Of a stretch of DNA of 64,000 nt, positions 45,715-57,155 are shown piece by piece (position 1 is the first letter of the stretch; every line of letters begins with the position of its first letter). Under the pieces are notes generated by a model, which was not told the origin of the DNA, did no database searches, and saw nothing but the letters and a program-made list of their open reading frames with translations. Source of the DNA: Acidobacteriota bacterium (GTDB taxonomy: Bacteria > Acidobacteriota > UBA4820 > DSQY01). Location of the stretch: positions 19,227 through 83,226 of the forward strand of contig JAJYLT010000007.1 of NCBI GenBank assembly GCA_021787565.1, read 5' to 3'. The translations under genes and the position numbers were made by a program.

Positions 45715-46954
45715 GGCCGCCCTGCTGCTCGTCGGATCGGAACTGACCGATCCCGCCCGCCGGGACGCCAACGGGCCGGCGGCACGGGCGCGCCTGACCC
45801 AAATGGGAATTCCAGTGGTCCTGCTCGCCCGGGTCGAGGATCGCGTCGAAGCGATCGAGGCGGCCATGCGGGCGGCGCTGGCGACGTGCGACGTGGTGAT
45901 CACCTCCGGTGGGTTGGGCCCCACGGGCGACGACCTGACGCGCGAGGGTGCCGCGCGCCTCCTGGGGCTCGGGATCCACGAGGACCCCGGGTGGATCGAG
46001 GAGATCCGGCGCCGTCTGGAATCCAGAGGCTACCCGCTCACCGAGGTGAACCGGAGGCAGGCGCTCGTGGTGGACGGCGCCGAACCGGTGCCGAACGGGA
46101 AAGGGCTGGCCTGCGGCTCCTGGCTCAAGGCGGGAGGGGGCGACCTGGTGCTGCTGCCCGGCGTGCCCACCGAATTCGAGGAGATGCTGGAGAACCGTGT
46201 CATCCCCAGACTAAAGGCCCTTTACCCTCAGCGTCCGGCGGTCGTGGTCGTGAGGGCCACCGTGGCCGGACTCGCGGAGTCCATGGCGGAACCGGTCCTC
46301 AAACCCTGGTACGGCCTGCCCGGCGTGGCCGTCTCCATCCTGCCCTCTCTGGGCGTCCTCGCTATCACCTTCACTCTCACCTCTCCGCCGGCCGAGGAGC
46401 TGCCCGAGCTGGAAACGCGGGTTCGGCAAGCCCTCCGGGACGGCTACGGCCGCCACCTCGTGAGCCTGGAAGGCGAGAGCCTGGCCGAGTCCCTGGGAGG
46501 GCGTCTGCTGGCCAAGGGCTGGACCCTGGCCTGCGCCGAATCCCTCACGGGCGGCCTGGTGAGCCGCAAGATCGTCTCTGTCCCGGGGGCTTCGCGCTAC
46601 TACCAGGGGGGCGTAGTGGCCTACGCGAACGAGGCCAAGACCTCCCTGCTGGGGGTTCCTCCGGGGATCCTGGAGCGGCACGGCGCCGTGAGCGAGGAGA
46701 CGGCGCGGGCCATGGTGCGGGGGGCCAGGGCCCGCTTCAACGCCTCCTGCGCGGTGGCCACCACTGGAGTGGCCGGTCCCACGGGGGGCTCGCCGGAAAA
46801 GCCGGAGGGCACCGTCTGGGTGGCCGCCGGCACTCCCGAGGGGGAGTGGGCGCGCAAGCTCTTCTTCCCCCTGGATAGGGCCTCGGTCATGGAGCTGAGC
46901 GCGAACTACGCCCTGTATCTGCTCTGGTCACGCGTGGAGGGAGTATCGCCGTGA
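45707..46954 (+). CDS. cinA: CinA family protein (MoCF-like domain plus NMN deamidase)
   Basis: ITSGGLGPTGDDLTRE, LPGVP, CAESLTGG, GASRYYQGGVVAYAN, HGAVSEETA, TGVAGPTGG. Confidence 0.93.
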   Translation: MARAALLLVGSELTDPARRDANGPAARARLTQMGIPVVLLARVEDRVEAIEAAMRAALATCDVVITSGGLGPTGDDLTREGAARLLGLGIHEDPGWIEEIRRRLESRGYPLTEVNRRQALVVDGAEPVPNGKGLACGSWLKAGGGDLVLLPGVPTEFEEMLENRVIPRLKALYPQRPAVVVVRATVAGLAESMAEPVLKPWYGLPGVAVSILPSLGVLAITFTLTSPPAEELPELETRVRQALRDGYGRHLVSLEGESLAESLGGRLLAKGWTLACAESLTGGLVSRKIVSVPGASRYYQGGVVAYANEAKTSLLGVPPGILERHGAVSEETARAMVRGARARFNASCAVATTGVAGPTGGSPEKPEGTVWVAAGTPEGEWARKLFFPLDRASVMELSANYALYLLWSRVEGVSP

Positions 46955-47760
46955 AGGTATCCGCCGTGGGCTTCCTAAACGCCGCCCCGCTCTACTGGGG
47001 GCTCAGGGCCGGTCTCCATCCGCCAGACTGGGAGGTCTCCTTCGACCTTCCGTCCCGGTGCGCCGAGCGGGTCCTTAAGGGGGAGGCGGACCTGGGACTC
47101 ATCCCCTCCATCGAGTTCGCCCGCTCGCGCGATCTCGTGCTCGCCGCGCCGCTGTGCGTGGGCGCCCGCCGGGAGGTGACCTCCGTGCTCCTTCTCTGCG
47201 GGGGCGAGGTGGCGGGGGTCCGAACGGTCTATCTCCACGCCGCCAGCAGGACATCCCAGACGCTCACGCGCATCCTCCTGGCGGATCTCGTGGCCCAAGA
47301 GCCCACTTACCGAGAGGTCGCCGAACCGCCGACCGCCCTCGGCCCCGAGGAGGCGGCCCTGGTGATCGGCGACCCGGCCCTGACCCTGCCGCGCGCGATG
47401 AAAGGGTGGCACCGCTACGATCTGGCCGAGCTCTGGAACCGGAAGACGGGCCTGCCCTTCGTCTTCGCCGTCTGGGCCGGCCGGAGGAGCGCCTGCACCC
47501 GAGAGACCGAAACCGTGCTGGCGAGGTCCCACGCCTACGGGATGGAGCACCTGGAGGAAATCGTGGAGCAGTTCGCACGGAGCCTGGACCTTCCCCCCGA
47601 CACCCTCCGGCGCTACCTCACCGACCACCTCAGTTACCCCCTCGGCGGGGCCGAGGTGGAGGGGCTTCGCCGGTTCGTCGCCCTGGCCCTGAAGGAGGAG
47701 ATCACCGATGAGCGCCTTGGCTGCCTCGCACCCGCTGGATGTGACGGCCGTTCTGGATAA
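46951..47760 (+). CDS. mqnA: Chorismate dehydratase (futalosine pathway)
   Basis: FLNAAPL, ASRTS, ALVIGDPAL, DLAELW..TGLPFVFAVW. Confidence 0.9.
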   Translation: MKVSAVGFLNAAPLYWGLRAGLHPPDWEVSFDLPSRCAERVLKGEADLGLIPSIEFARSRDLVLAAPLCVGARREVTSVLLLCGGEVAGVRTVYLHAASRTSQTLTRILLADLVAQEPTYREVAEPPTALGPEEAALVIGDPALTLPRAMKGWHRYDLAELWNRKTGLPFVFAVWAGRRSACTRETETVLARSHAYGMEHLEEIVEQFARSLDLPPDTLRRYLTDHLSYPLGGAEVEGLRRFVALALKEEITDERLGCLAPAGCDGRSG

Positions 47761-48802
47761 GGTCTTCGACGGGGCCAGGCTCGGCCCCGAGGAGGGGCTG
47801 CTGCTCCTGGAGCGGGCCCCCTTCCTGGAGCTCGCCCAGGCGGCCGACGCCGTCCGGGCCAGCAAGCACCCCGACAACGTCGCCACCTACATCGTGGACC
47901 GCAACATCAACTATACCAACGTCTGCGTGGCGAACTGCACCTTCTGCGCCTTCTACCGGCGGCCCGGCGACGCGGAGGGCTACGTCCACACCGTGGAGAC
48001 GCTCCTGCAGAAGATTCAGGAGACGGTGGATCTGGGGGGAACCGGGATCCTGCTCCAGGGCGGCCACAATCCCGAGCTTCCCTTCAGCTTCTACGAGGAG
48101 ATGCTGGGGGCCATGAAGGCCCGCTTCCCGAAGATCCACGTCCACGGCTTCTCGGCCCCGGAGATCACCTTCTTCTCCAAGCTCTACAAGATGCCCGTGG
48201 CCGAGGTCATCGCGCGCCTGAAGGCGGTGGGACTCGGGAGCATCCCCGGCGGCGGCGCGGAGATCCTCTCCGACGGGGTCCGCCAGCGGATGGCCAGGGG
48301 CAAGGCCACGGTCAGGGAGTGGATCGCCGTGCATCGGGAGGCCCACCGGCAGAAGCTCAGGACCACCGCCACCATGATGTTCGGCTCCATCGAATCCTCC
48401 CAGGACATCCTGATCCACCTCCAGCACGTGAGGGAGCTCCAGGACGAGACGGGCGGCTTCACGGCCTTCATCCCCTGGACCTTCCAGCCGGGGGCGACGA
48501 CCCCCCTGCAGGATGCGCCCGCCACCGGCGTGGACTACCTGCGCGTGCTGGCCCTGTCGAGAATCTACCTGGACAACGTGGACAACATCCAGGCGAGCTG
48601 GGTCACCCAGGGGCTCAAGGTGGGGCAGGTCTCCCTCCACTTCGGCGCCAACGACATGGGCTCCATCATGATCGAGGAGAACGTGGTGGCCAGCGCCGGA
48701 TGCCGCAACAGCACCAACGAGGAGGAGCTGCGGCGCCTCATCGCCGACGCGGGCTTCACGCCCAAGAAGCGACGCACCCTCTACGAACCCGCGGAGGAGT
48801 GA
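47708..48802 (+). CDS. mqnC: Cyclic dehypoxanthinyl futalosine synthase (radical SAM)
   Basis: DRNINYTNVCVANCTFCAF, SIPGGGAEIL, TATMMFG, FTAFIPWTFQ, IQASWVTQG, GSIMIEENVV. Confidence 0.92.
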   Translation: MSALAASHPLDVTAVLDKVFDGARLGPEEGLLLLERAPFLELAQAADAVRASKHPDNVATYIVDRNINYTNVCVANCTFCAFYRRPGDAEGYVHTVETLLQKIQETVDLGGTGILLQGGHNPELPFSFYEEMLGAMKARFPKIHVHGFSAPEITFFSKLYKMPVAEVIARLKAVGLGSIPGGGAEILSDGVRQRMARGKATVREWIAVHREAHRQKLRTTATMMFGSIESSQDILIHLQHVRELQDETGGFTAFIPWTFQPGATTPLQDAPATGVDYLRVLALSRIYLDNVDNIQASWVTQGLKVGQVSLHFGANDMGSIMIEENVVASAGCRNSTNEEELRRLIADAGFTPKKRRTLYEPAEE

Positions 48803-48844
48803 GGCGGGGACCAGGGCGCGAGACGCGAAGCGGCCTTAATTACC

Positions 48845-48924
48845 CAGTCCCCTAGTCCCCTAGTCTCCTAGTCCCCTAGTCTCCTAGTCCCCTAGTCCCC
48901 TGGTTTCCTAGCCCCCCGGTCCCC
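48845..48924 (-). repeat. Octamer tandem array, reverse complement of the 44494 array (~10 units)
   Basis: TAGTCCCC/TAGTCTCC units degenerating toward 48924. Confidence 0.93.
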
Positions 48925-48925
48925 C

Positions 48926-49068
48926 AATTCCGCGATAGCGCCTCAAGGCCTGCGTAGGAGCGGCGCCTCGCCGCGAACCGGGTGACCCTGCGACCAGGAT
49001 GCGGTGCCCGCGTACGGTCCGTCGCGCCGGGGGCGGCGCTCCTACGAGTGCGATTCCATCGCGGAATT
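48926..49068. repeat. 143 bp REP-doublet element, copy 3, inverted relative to copy 2
   Basis: AATT-CCGCGAT...ATCGCGG-AATT; the reverse complement is nearly identical to 44799-44941. Confidence 0.92.
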
Positions 49069-49085
49069 TGGGCGGTCCCCTTCAA

Positions 49086-49114
49086 TTGACCCTCCTTCGG
49101 TTCGGTCCTAAGAT
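49086..49114 (+). promoter_or_regulatory. Sigma70 promoter of the gcv operon
   Basis: TTGACC-N17-TAAGAT, 21 nt before the gcvT ATG. Confidence 0.6.
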
Positions 49115-49135
49115 GGGGGGCTTACGGAGGGGACC

Positions 49136-50242
<1,107 letters not shown>

Positions 50243-50342
50243 GGGAGGGACGCCGGCCGGCCTTGCCCGCTCGCCCGGCGTCACCGAGAGGAAAACCAGT
50301 GCGGCGCCCGTCGCGCCGCAGTCCAAGCGACCGGAGGGACCC

Positions 50343-50732
50343 ATGAGCAACCCGAGCGATCTGAAGTACACCCAGACCCACGAGTGGATCCGGGTGGAGG
50401 GCACCAAGGGCACGGTGGGGATCACGGACTTCGCCCAGCACGAGCTGGGGGACATCGTCTTCGTGGAGGCGCCGGCGCCCGGCACCTCGCTCAGCGCCGG
50501 CAGCCCCATGGGCAGCGTGGAGAGCGTGAAGGCGGTCTCCGAGGTGAACGCGCCCCTCTCCGGCGCGGTGGCCGAGGTGAACCCCGAACTCGCCGACCAC
50601 CCGGAACTCCTGAACCAGGACCCCTACGGCAAGGGCTGGATCCTGAAGATGACCCTCTCCGATCCGGGCGCCCTCGGCGGGCTCATGGACGCGGCGGCCT
50701 ACGAGAAGTACGTCGCCGAAGTCACCCACTGA
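50343..50732 (+). CDS. gcvH: Glycine cleavage system H protein
   Basis: THEW, GITDFAQ..LGDIVFV, VESVKA (lipoyl Lys), DPYGKGW. Confidence 0.97.
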   Translation: MSNPSDLKYTQTHEWIRVEGTKGTVGITDFAQHELGDIVFVEAPAPGTSLSAGSPMGSVESVKAVSEVNAPLSGAVAEVNPELADHPELLNQDPYGKGWILKMTLSDPGALGGLMDAAAYEKYVAEVTH

Positions 50733-50741
50733 GGATCTCCC

Positions 50742-52088
50742 ATGCGCTATTTCCCATCCAGTGACGAGGACGTCCGAGCCCTGCTCGCCGCGGCCGGCGT
50801 GAAGGGGGTGGCGGACCTCTTCGCCTCCATTCCGTCCGAGGCACGGCTCAAGGAGCCGCTCGCCGTGCCCCCCGCGGTTCCGGAGCCGGAATTGCGGGAG
50901 CGGTTCGTGAGCCGCTCCATCCGCAACAGCTCCGCCAGCTGCCGCCCCTGCTTCCTCGGCGCGGGCGCGTACGACCACTACACCCCCGCGGCGGTGGACC
51001 AGCTCCTGCTGCGCAGCGAGTTCTACACGGCCTACACCCCCTACCAGCCCGAGCTGGCCCAGGGGACGCTCCAGGCCATCTTCGAGTTCCAGACCATGAT
51101 GGCCGATCTCACGGGCATGGACGTCTCCAACGCCTCCCTCTACGACGGCGGCTCGGCCACCGCCGAGGCGGCCCTCATGGCCCACCGCATCCACAAGGGG
51201 CGGCGCGTGCTCGTGGCGCGCTCACTCCATCCCGCCTACCGCGAGGTCCTGCGCACCTACCTCCGGCACATCGGCCTCACGGTGGAGGAGATCCCCTTCG
51301 GACCGGACGGCCGGCTGGACCTCGGCGCGCTGAAGGGCCGGCTCGACGCGGAGGTCTGCGCCGTGCTCGTGGGCCAGCCCAACTTCTTCGGCGTGGCGGA
51401 GGACGTGAGAGCCATCGCCTCCGCCCTGCCGCAGGAGCGCCGCCCCCTGCTGGGGGTCGTGGTGAGCGAGGCGCTCTCCCTGGCCCTCCTGGAGCCTCCC
51501 GGCCGCCAGGGCGCCGACATCGTCTGCGGCGAGGCCCGCTCCTTCGGCCTCCCGCTGGGCTACGGCGGGCCCTACCTCGGCTTCATGACCACCCGCCAGC
51601 AGCACATGCGCCAGCTTCCTGGCCGCATCTGCGGCCAGACCGTGGACGCCGACGGGCGGCGGGGCTTCGTGCTCACCCTCACCACCCGCGAGCAGCACAT
51701 CCGGCGCGAAAAGGCCACCTCCAACATCTGCACCAACGAGGGGCTCTGCATGCTGGCCGCCACCGTCTACCTGTCGCTGGTAGGCCGGAGGGGGTTGAGG
51801 GAGCTGGCCATCCAAAACCTGAGCAAGGCCGAGTACCTCAAGGCGAAGCTCGGTGAGAAGGGCGTGAGGCCCCTCTTCGCCGCGCCCACCTTCAACGAGT
51901 TCGCCGTGAAGCTTTCCGCGCAAGGCCCCAAGGCCAGCGAGGCCGCCTACGCGGCTGACCTTCTGGGCGGCTACGATCTGTCGCGCGACTACCCGGAGCT
52001 GGCGGGCGGCCATCTCCTCTGCGCCACCGAACGCGTGAGCAAGGCGGCCTGCGACCGGATGGCGGATGTCCTGGGAGGCCTCTCATGA
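50742..52088 (+). CDS. gcvPA: Glycine dehydrogenase subunit 1
   Basis: FLGAGAY, TAYTPYQPE, NASLYDG, GGPYLG, REQHIRREKATSNICTN. Confidence 0.97.
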   Translation: MRYFPSSDEDVRALLAAAGVKGVADLFASIPSEARLKEPLAVPPAVPEPELRERFVSRSIRNSSASCRPCFLGAGAYDHYTPAAVDQLLLRSEFYTAYTPYQPELAQGTLQAIFEFQTMMADLTGMDVSNASLYDGGSATAEAALMAHRIHKGRRVLVARSLHPAYREVLRTYLRHIGLTVEEIPFGPDGRLDLGALKGRLDAEVCAVLVGQPNFFGVAEDVRAIASALPQERRPLLGVVVSEALSLALLEPPGRQGADIVCGEARSFGLPLGYGGPYLGFMTTRQQHMRQLPGRICGQTVDADGRRGFVLTLTTREQHIRREKATSNICTNEGLCMLAATVYLSLVGRRGLRELAIQNLSKAEYLKAKLGEKGVRPLFAAPTFNEFAVKLSAQGPKASEAAYAADLLGGYDLSRDYPELAGGHLLCATERVSKAACDRMADVLGGLS

Positions 52089-53539
52089 GCCACGTCATCG
52101 AGGAGAAGCTGATCTTCGAGAAGGACCACCCGGGGCGCACCGGCGCCTCTCTGCCCGCCTGCGACGTGCCCAAGGCCGATCCCGCCTCCCTCCTGGGCCC
52201 GCTGGCCCGGCGCGAAGCTCCGGCGCTCCTGCCCGAGCTGAGCGAGGTGGACGTGGTCCGGCACTTCACGCGCCTCTCCACCTACAACTACGCCGTGGAC
52301 ATGGGGCTCTACCCCCTCGGCTCCTGCACCATGAAATACAACCCGAAGATCAACGAGGAGGTGGCGCGGCTCGAAGGCTTCGCGCGCCTTCATCCCATGC
52401 AGCCCGAGTCCCTGACCCAGGGGGCCCTGGAGGTGATGGCCACCCTCCAGCGCCACCTCTGCGCCGTCTCGGGCATGGACGCCTGCACCCTCCAGCCCTC
52501 GGCCGGCGCGCAGGGGGAGTTCACGGGCATCCAGCTCATCCGCGCCTGCCTGGAGGATAAGGGCGACGCGCGCCGGATCATGCTCATCCCCGACTCGGCC
52601 CACGGCACCAACCCCGCCAGCGCCCACTTCGCCGGCTACGAGGTGGAGGAGATCAAGAGCGGCGCCGACGGCTGCGTCGATCTCGCCGCTCTCTCGGCCC
52701 GGATGCGCCCTGACGTGGCCGGCATCATGCTCACGGTGCCCAATACGCTGGGCATCTTCGAGAAGAACATCGCCGAGATCTGCCGCCTCCTGCACGCCAA
52801 CGGCTCGCTGGTCTACGTGGACGGCGCCAATCTGAATGCCCTCATGGGGATCACCCGCCCCGGCGACTGGGGCGCCGACGTCATGCACATCAACCTCCAC
52901 AAGACCTTCTCCACCCCGCACGGCGGCGGCGGCCCGGGGGCCGGACCGGTGGCCTGCAAGGCCCACCTGGAACCCTTCCTGCCCAAGCCCGTGCTCGTTC
53001 AGCGGGAGGGCCGCTACGCCTGGGACCATGACCGCCCGAAGAGCATCGGCAAGGTCCAGGCCTTCTACGGAAACTTTCTCATTCTGGTGCGAGCCCTCGC
53101 CTACATCGAGACCCTCGGCGGCGAGGGGCTCAAGCGCGCCTCCGAGCTGGCGGTGCTCAACGCCAACTACCTCCGCGCTCAGCTCCAGCCCCTCCTGAAG
53201 CTGGGCTTCGACGGCCCCACGCTCCACGAGGTGGTCTTCTGCGACAAGGAGCTGCCCAACGGCGTGACCACGCTGGATCTGGCCAAGCGCCTCATCGACT
53301 ACGGCTTCCATCCTCCGACGGTCTACTTCCCCCTCATCGTCCACGGGGCCCTCATGATCGAGCCCACGGAGACGGAACCCATGGAGGAGCTGGACCGCTT
53401 CGTCGAGGCCGTCCGCGCCATTCTGGAGGAGGCCAGGGACCGTCCCGATCTCGTCAAGTCGGCCCCCCACACCGCCTACCGCCGCCGCCTCGACGAGGTC
53501 GCCGCGGCGAGAAACCCCAGGCTGACCTACAAGCCCTGA
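52085..53539 (+). CDS. gcvPB: Glycine dehydrogenase subunit 2
   Basis: YPLGSCTMKYNP, SAHGTNPAS, NLHKTFSTPHGGGGPG (PLP Lys), MIEPTETE. Confidence 0.97.
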   Translation: MSHVIEEKLIFEKDHPGRTGASLPACDVPKADPASLLGPLARREAPALLPELSEVDVVRHFTRLSTYNYAVDMGLYPLGSCTMKYNPKINEEVARLEGFARLHPMQPESLTQGALEVMATLQRHLCAVSGMDACTLQPSAGAQGEFTGIQLIRACLEDKGDARRIMLIPDSAHGTNPASAHFAGYEVEEIKSGADGCVDLAALSARMRPDVAGIMLTVPNTLGIFEKNIAEICRLLHANGSLVYVDGANLNALMGITRPGDWGADVMHINLHKTFSTPHGGGGPGAGPVACKAHLEPFLPKPVLVQREGRYAWDHDRPKSIGKVQAFYGNFLILVRALAYIETLGGEGLKRASELAVLNANYLRAQLQPLLKLGFDGPTLHEVVFCDKELPNGVTTLDLAKRLIDYGFHPPTVYFPLIVHGALMIEPTETEPMEELDRFVEAVRAILEEARDRPDLVKSAPHTAYRRRLDEVAAARNPRLTYKP

Positions 53540-53573
53540 CCGCCGTTCACACAGGGCATCTGCGAATCACCTC

Positions 53574-53600
53574 GAGGGCGGGCCACCACGGCCCGCCCTC
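53574..53600 (+). terminator. Hairpin after gcvPB
   Basis: GAGGGCGGGCC-ACCAC-GGCCCGCCCTC. Confidence 0.6.
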
Positions 53601-53649
53601 ATTGATTGTCGCCGGATCCCGATAGCAGTGTATACTTGGTTCACGATAC

Positions 53650-53678
53650 TTGACTTTCTGCTCTTCTCTGGCTATCTT
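53650..53678 (+). promoter_or_regulatory. Sigma70 promoter of the inserted large gene
   Basis: TTGACT-N17-TATCTT. Confidence 0.55.
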
Positions 53679-53753
53679 GAAAGTGGGCCACCGTGAATGG
53701 CCACAAGCGTGGCATTGGGGATTTGGGGGGAGGGGAGACAGGAGATCGAAACT

Positions 53754-56700
53754 ATGTATACGATCTACAGCAATGCTAGAAGGGAGCTTGATCCGTTTCC
53801 GGTGGAAAGCTATGTCGCCCCTTCAGCCTCCGAAGGGCCTCATCAGTCCCCGACCTCACGCATGCCATCGCTCGCCTTGCTGTTTATAGCTGGGGCTCTC
53901 ACGGCCCTCGCTCTGACGATTTCGGGGGCAGAACCCCAAACACCCGCTGGTGGCTCCAAGCCAGCGCCCTCCTCGACGAAGAAGGCGGACCGTGCGCTTG
54001 CCAAGGCGAGCCACGGGACCCAGGCCGTCGGCCCCAAGGACGCTCGCGAAAAGGAAGAACACGAGAAAGGCGGAATGGACCGGGACCGCAAGTTCCTCCC
54101 ACCGGGGGATGCGGAGAGCACGGACGAGAGCGGGGCAATCAAAGGCCATGCCGCCTGGCGCTGGCATCTTATGATCTATCCGAAGAAGACCATCCCCAGT
54201 GAACCCTACACGAAAGCGCGCAGGTGGATTAAGGACCACGTGCCGATGGGAAAGCCCTGGGGAGATCTCCATGAAATCTGCGGTCCCACCCCCGAGGGGA
54301 TAATCGCTACGGGGTCCGGGGTCTGGACGCCCATCGGGCCTAAGCCCATTGATACGACCACGCAGAACGCCGCTGGAAGCTATATTTACGGGAGCGTCAC
54401 GGGGCGTTTCAACGCCGTCCTGGTTGACCCCACGACCATCGGCTCCCCCGGCGCCATCGTGGCCTATGCCGGCGCCACGGCGGGAGGGCTTTGGAAGACC
54501 GCCGACTGTTGCGGCGCAGGCACCACCTGGACCCCCCAGTGGGAATCGGACAACTTCGTCACCCAGGCCGTTAGCGCCATTGAGATCGATCCCAATGACC
54601 ACAACACCATCTACGTGGGCACGGGCGACTTCGACGCCAACGACCAGTTCGGCGAAGGCATCATGAAGTCCACCGACGGCGGGGCCACCTGGACCCAGCT
54701 CGGGGCCAGCGTCTTCACGCCCTACGCCGCGGGGACGCCCCTCTGGAGCAACCAGAACATCGGCGTCATCAAAGTGGACCCCAACAACAGCAGCAACGTG
54801 CTGGTGGGAACTCGTTACGACCTCTACATCTCCCACGACGCGGGTCTCACCTGGGCCCGGTGTTCCTTCGGGGCCAACCCCACGGACCCCACCAGCGCCT
54901 CCAATCCCATCAACACCATCAACCGGATCAGCGGCATTCTCGTCGATCCAACGACCAATCCGACGACCGTCTATGTGGCGGTGGGATTCGTGGCCACGAA
55001 CTACAACGGTGACAACGGCGTCTACAAAGGCACCATCCCCAACAGTGGATGCCCCACCCTCACCCTCATGAGCTCGGGCTGGCCGGCGGGTACCGGCAAC
55101 GGCACGAACGGCGGAAGCAATGTGGGGAGAATCCGCCTCGCCTCCTCGCGCGGCAATTCGACCAACAACCTGGTGATCTACGCCCAGGTTGAAGACGCGG
55201 CCAACTACAACGCCCTGGGCACCTGGGTGACCACCAACCAAGGGACCACATGGGTCCAGCTCGCGGGGAGCACGGATACGAACTACAAGAACTGCGCGGG
55301 CACATCCACGAGCGAGGGCCAGGACTGGTACGACCTCTTCCTCCTCGTGGACCCGGGGAATGACAAGACGCTCTACATCGGCCGGACGGATATGTACAAT
55401 GCCACCGTGAACAGCACCTATTCGAGCATGACGATCACGGACCTGGGCAATGTCTACGCCACGAGTTGCACCGGCTACGGCACCATCCACCCCGACCAGC
55501 ACGGAGCAGCATGGGTCAGTGGCACAGGGGTAACCACGCAGTTTCTGCTGGGGAACGACGGTGGGATCTACGCGGCGACCGGCGCCGTCGGAGGCTTCAC
55601 CCAGTTCAACAACACGGTGAACGCCACGGAGTTCTATGCGGGCCAGACGGGGGCCAACCTGGCTGGCGCCGCGACGCAGTATTACTTCGGGGGCTCCCAG
55701 GACAACGGCAACGAGAGCTGGGACAGCGGCACATCCATTGGAGGCAGTCTCCAATGGCAGGGCCGGGCCAACGGCGGCGACGGCTTCTTCACCGCCTTCG
55801 ACCCCATCGCCGGAACATTAAGCGCGGGACGCTGGTACACGGAGTACACCTATGGCCAAATGTCCTGCTCGAGCAGTGGCGCCACCAACGGGGGGAACAA
55901 TTACGGAAATTGTTACGGAAAATGGGTCAGCGCCACCGGTGCCAACTCTGATCGGGCCGCGTGGAGTTCGCCCTTCAAACTCGATATCTTCCACTGCACG
56001 ACGGGCCAGTGCAACAACCTCCTCTTCGGCGCGGCCCACCTGTGGACTTATGCCGGCCTGGGGACGCTGCCCGGCTATAACACTCGTAAGTGGACCCAGG
56101 CGGGCACCACCGACCTCGCCACCAATGGGACGGCGACCGGCTCCGTCATCACCCTCGATGTCGCCATGTCCAACCCCGCCTATGTAGTGACGGGCGCGGA
56201 TGTGGGGAAAGTGTGGCTCTCCACGAATGCCTTCACGGGGGCAAACTGTACGCAGGCGGCGGCCAATACGGCCAGTTTCGCCTGCACGGCCAATGGATCT
56301 GCCACCTGGACCGACCTCACCGGCGCCAACGCCGTCCTGCCCAACCGTGCCATCCTGGGCGTCGCCTTCGACCCCGCCACGACCAACATCGTCTATGCGG
56401 CCGTGGGCGGGTTCAATGTAAACACGGCCACCACACCCGGCCACCTCTTTCAGGCCACGACCAGCAACAACTGGGCCGCCTTCACATGGGCCGACAAAAC
56501 TGGAAACCTCCCCGATGTCCCCGCCTGGTCGGTGCTGGTGAACCCCAACAACAACAAGCAGGTCTTCGTCGGCACCGACATGGGCTTCTTCTTCACCAAC
56601 GATATTACAGCGGCTACGCCCACCTGGTATCGTTATCAGTACGGCCTGCCAGACACCGTCATCCAGTACCTGGCGGTGGATCGCGGCCCGTCGGGCTCGC

Positions 56701-57128
56701 CCTACGCCAGCACCACGCTGACGGCCTTCACCTACGGGCGCGGTGCCTATTCGATCCAGCTGCCAACCGCGGCCGGGTTCGACCCGCATCCGGTACCTCC
56801 GACCATGCGGGCGGTCAAGAATGGCACCAACGTGAACCTCACCTACGACATCAGCACCTGCAACAACGTGAACGACAACGTCTACTGGGGTTCCATCGGC
56901 AATTACTCGGCCGTGACTGGCGGCTCGTGCGGCGTCGGCAACACGGGTAGCGCCACGAATCTAGGCATTCCCGACAACAGCTGGTTCGTCATCGCCGGAA
57001 GCGACGGCAGCACCAAGATCTCCTCCTTCGGCACCGATTCAACGGGCGCCCAGGAGAACTTCACGGGCTGGCAGAGTCTTGGTGGCTGCTCGGCGAACAC
57101 CCAGTTAACAAGTACGACCTGCCCCTGA
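53754..57128 (+). CDS. Large secreted BNR/Asp-box beta-propeller protein (GH74/VPS10-like) with Cys-containing C-terminal domain
   Basis: [56 protein letters not shown]; AGGAG before ATG 53754 (alternative starts 53697 and 53862). Confidence 0.85.
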   Translation: MYTIYSNARRELDPFPVESYVAPSASEGPHQSPTSRMPSLALLFIAGALTALALTISGAEPQTPAGGSKPAPSSTKKADRALAKASHGTQAVGPKDAREKEEHEKGGMDRDRKFLPPGDAESTDESGAIKGHAAWRWHLMIYPKKTIPSEPYTKARRWIKDHVPMGKPWGDLHEICGPTPEGIIATGSGVWTPIGPKPIDTTTQNAAGSYIYGSVTGRFNAVLVDPTTIGSPGAIVAYAGATAGGLWKTADCCGAGTTWTPQWESDNFVTQAVSAIEIDPNDHNTIYVGTGDFDANDQFGEGIMKSTDGGATWTQLGASVFTPYAAGTPLWSNQNIGVIKVDPNNSSNVLVGTRYDLYISHDAGLTWARCSFGANPTDPTSASNPINTINRISGILVDPTTNPTTVYVAVGFVATNYNGDNGVYKGTIPNSGCPTLTLMSSGWPAGTGNGTNGGSNVGRIRLASSRGNSTNNLVIYAQVEDAANYNALGTWVTTNQGTTWVQLAGSTDTNYKNCAGTSTSEGQDWYDLFLLVDPGNDKTLYIGRTDMYNATVNSTYSSMTITDLGNVYATSCTGYGTIHPDQHGAAWVSGTGVTTQFLLGNDGGIYAATGAVGGFTQFNNTVNATEFYAGQTGANLAGAATQYYFGGSQDNGNESWDSGTSIGGSLQWQGRANGGDGFFTAFDPIAGTLSAGRWYTEYTYGQMSCSSSGATNGGNNYGNCYGKWVSATGANSDRAAWSSPFKLDIFHCTTGQCNNLLFGAAHLWTYAGLGTLPGYNTRKWTQAGTTDLATNGTATGSVITLDVAMSNPAYVVTGADVGKVWLSTNAFTGANCTQAAANTASFACTANGSATWTDLTGANAVLPNRAILGVAFDPATTNIVYAAVGGFNVNTATTPGHLFQATTSNNWAAFTWADKTGNLPDVPAWSVLVNPNNNKQVFVGTDMGFFFTNDITAATPTWYRYQYGLPDTVIQYLAVDRGPSGSPYASTTLTAFTYGRGAYSIQLPTAAGFDPHPVPPTMRAVKNGTNVNLTYDISTCNNVNDNVYWGSIGNYSAVTGGSCGVGNTGSATNLGIPDNSWFVIAGSDGSTKISSFGTDSTGAQENFTGWQSLGGCSANTQLTSTTCP

Positions 57129-57155
57129 CGGGGGAGGCGGAGGGCCATGCGCTGG

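Noticed and set aside
49069-49135. Glycine riboswitch upstream of gcvT
   Set aside because: The predicted promoter leaves only ~15 nt of leader; the upstream structure is the REP element.
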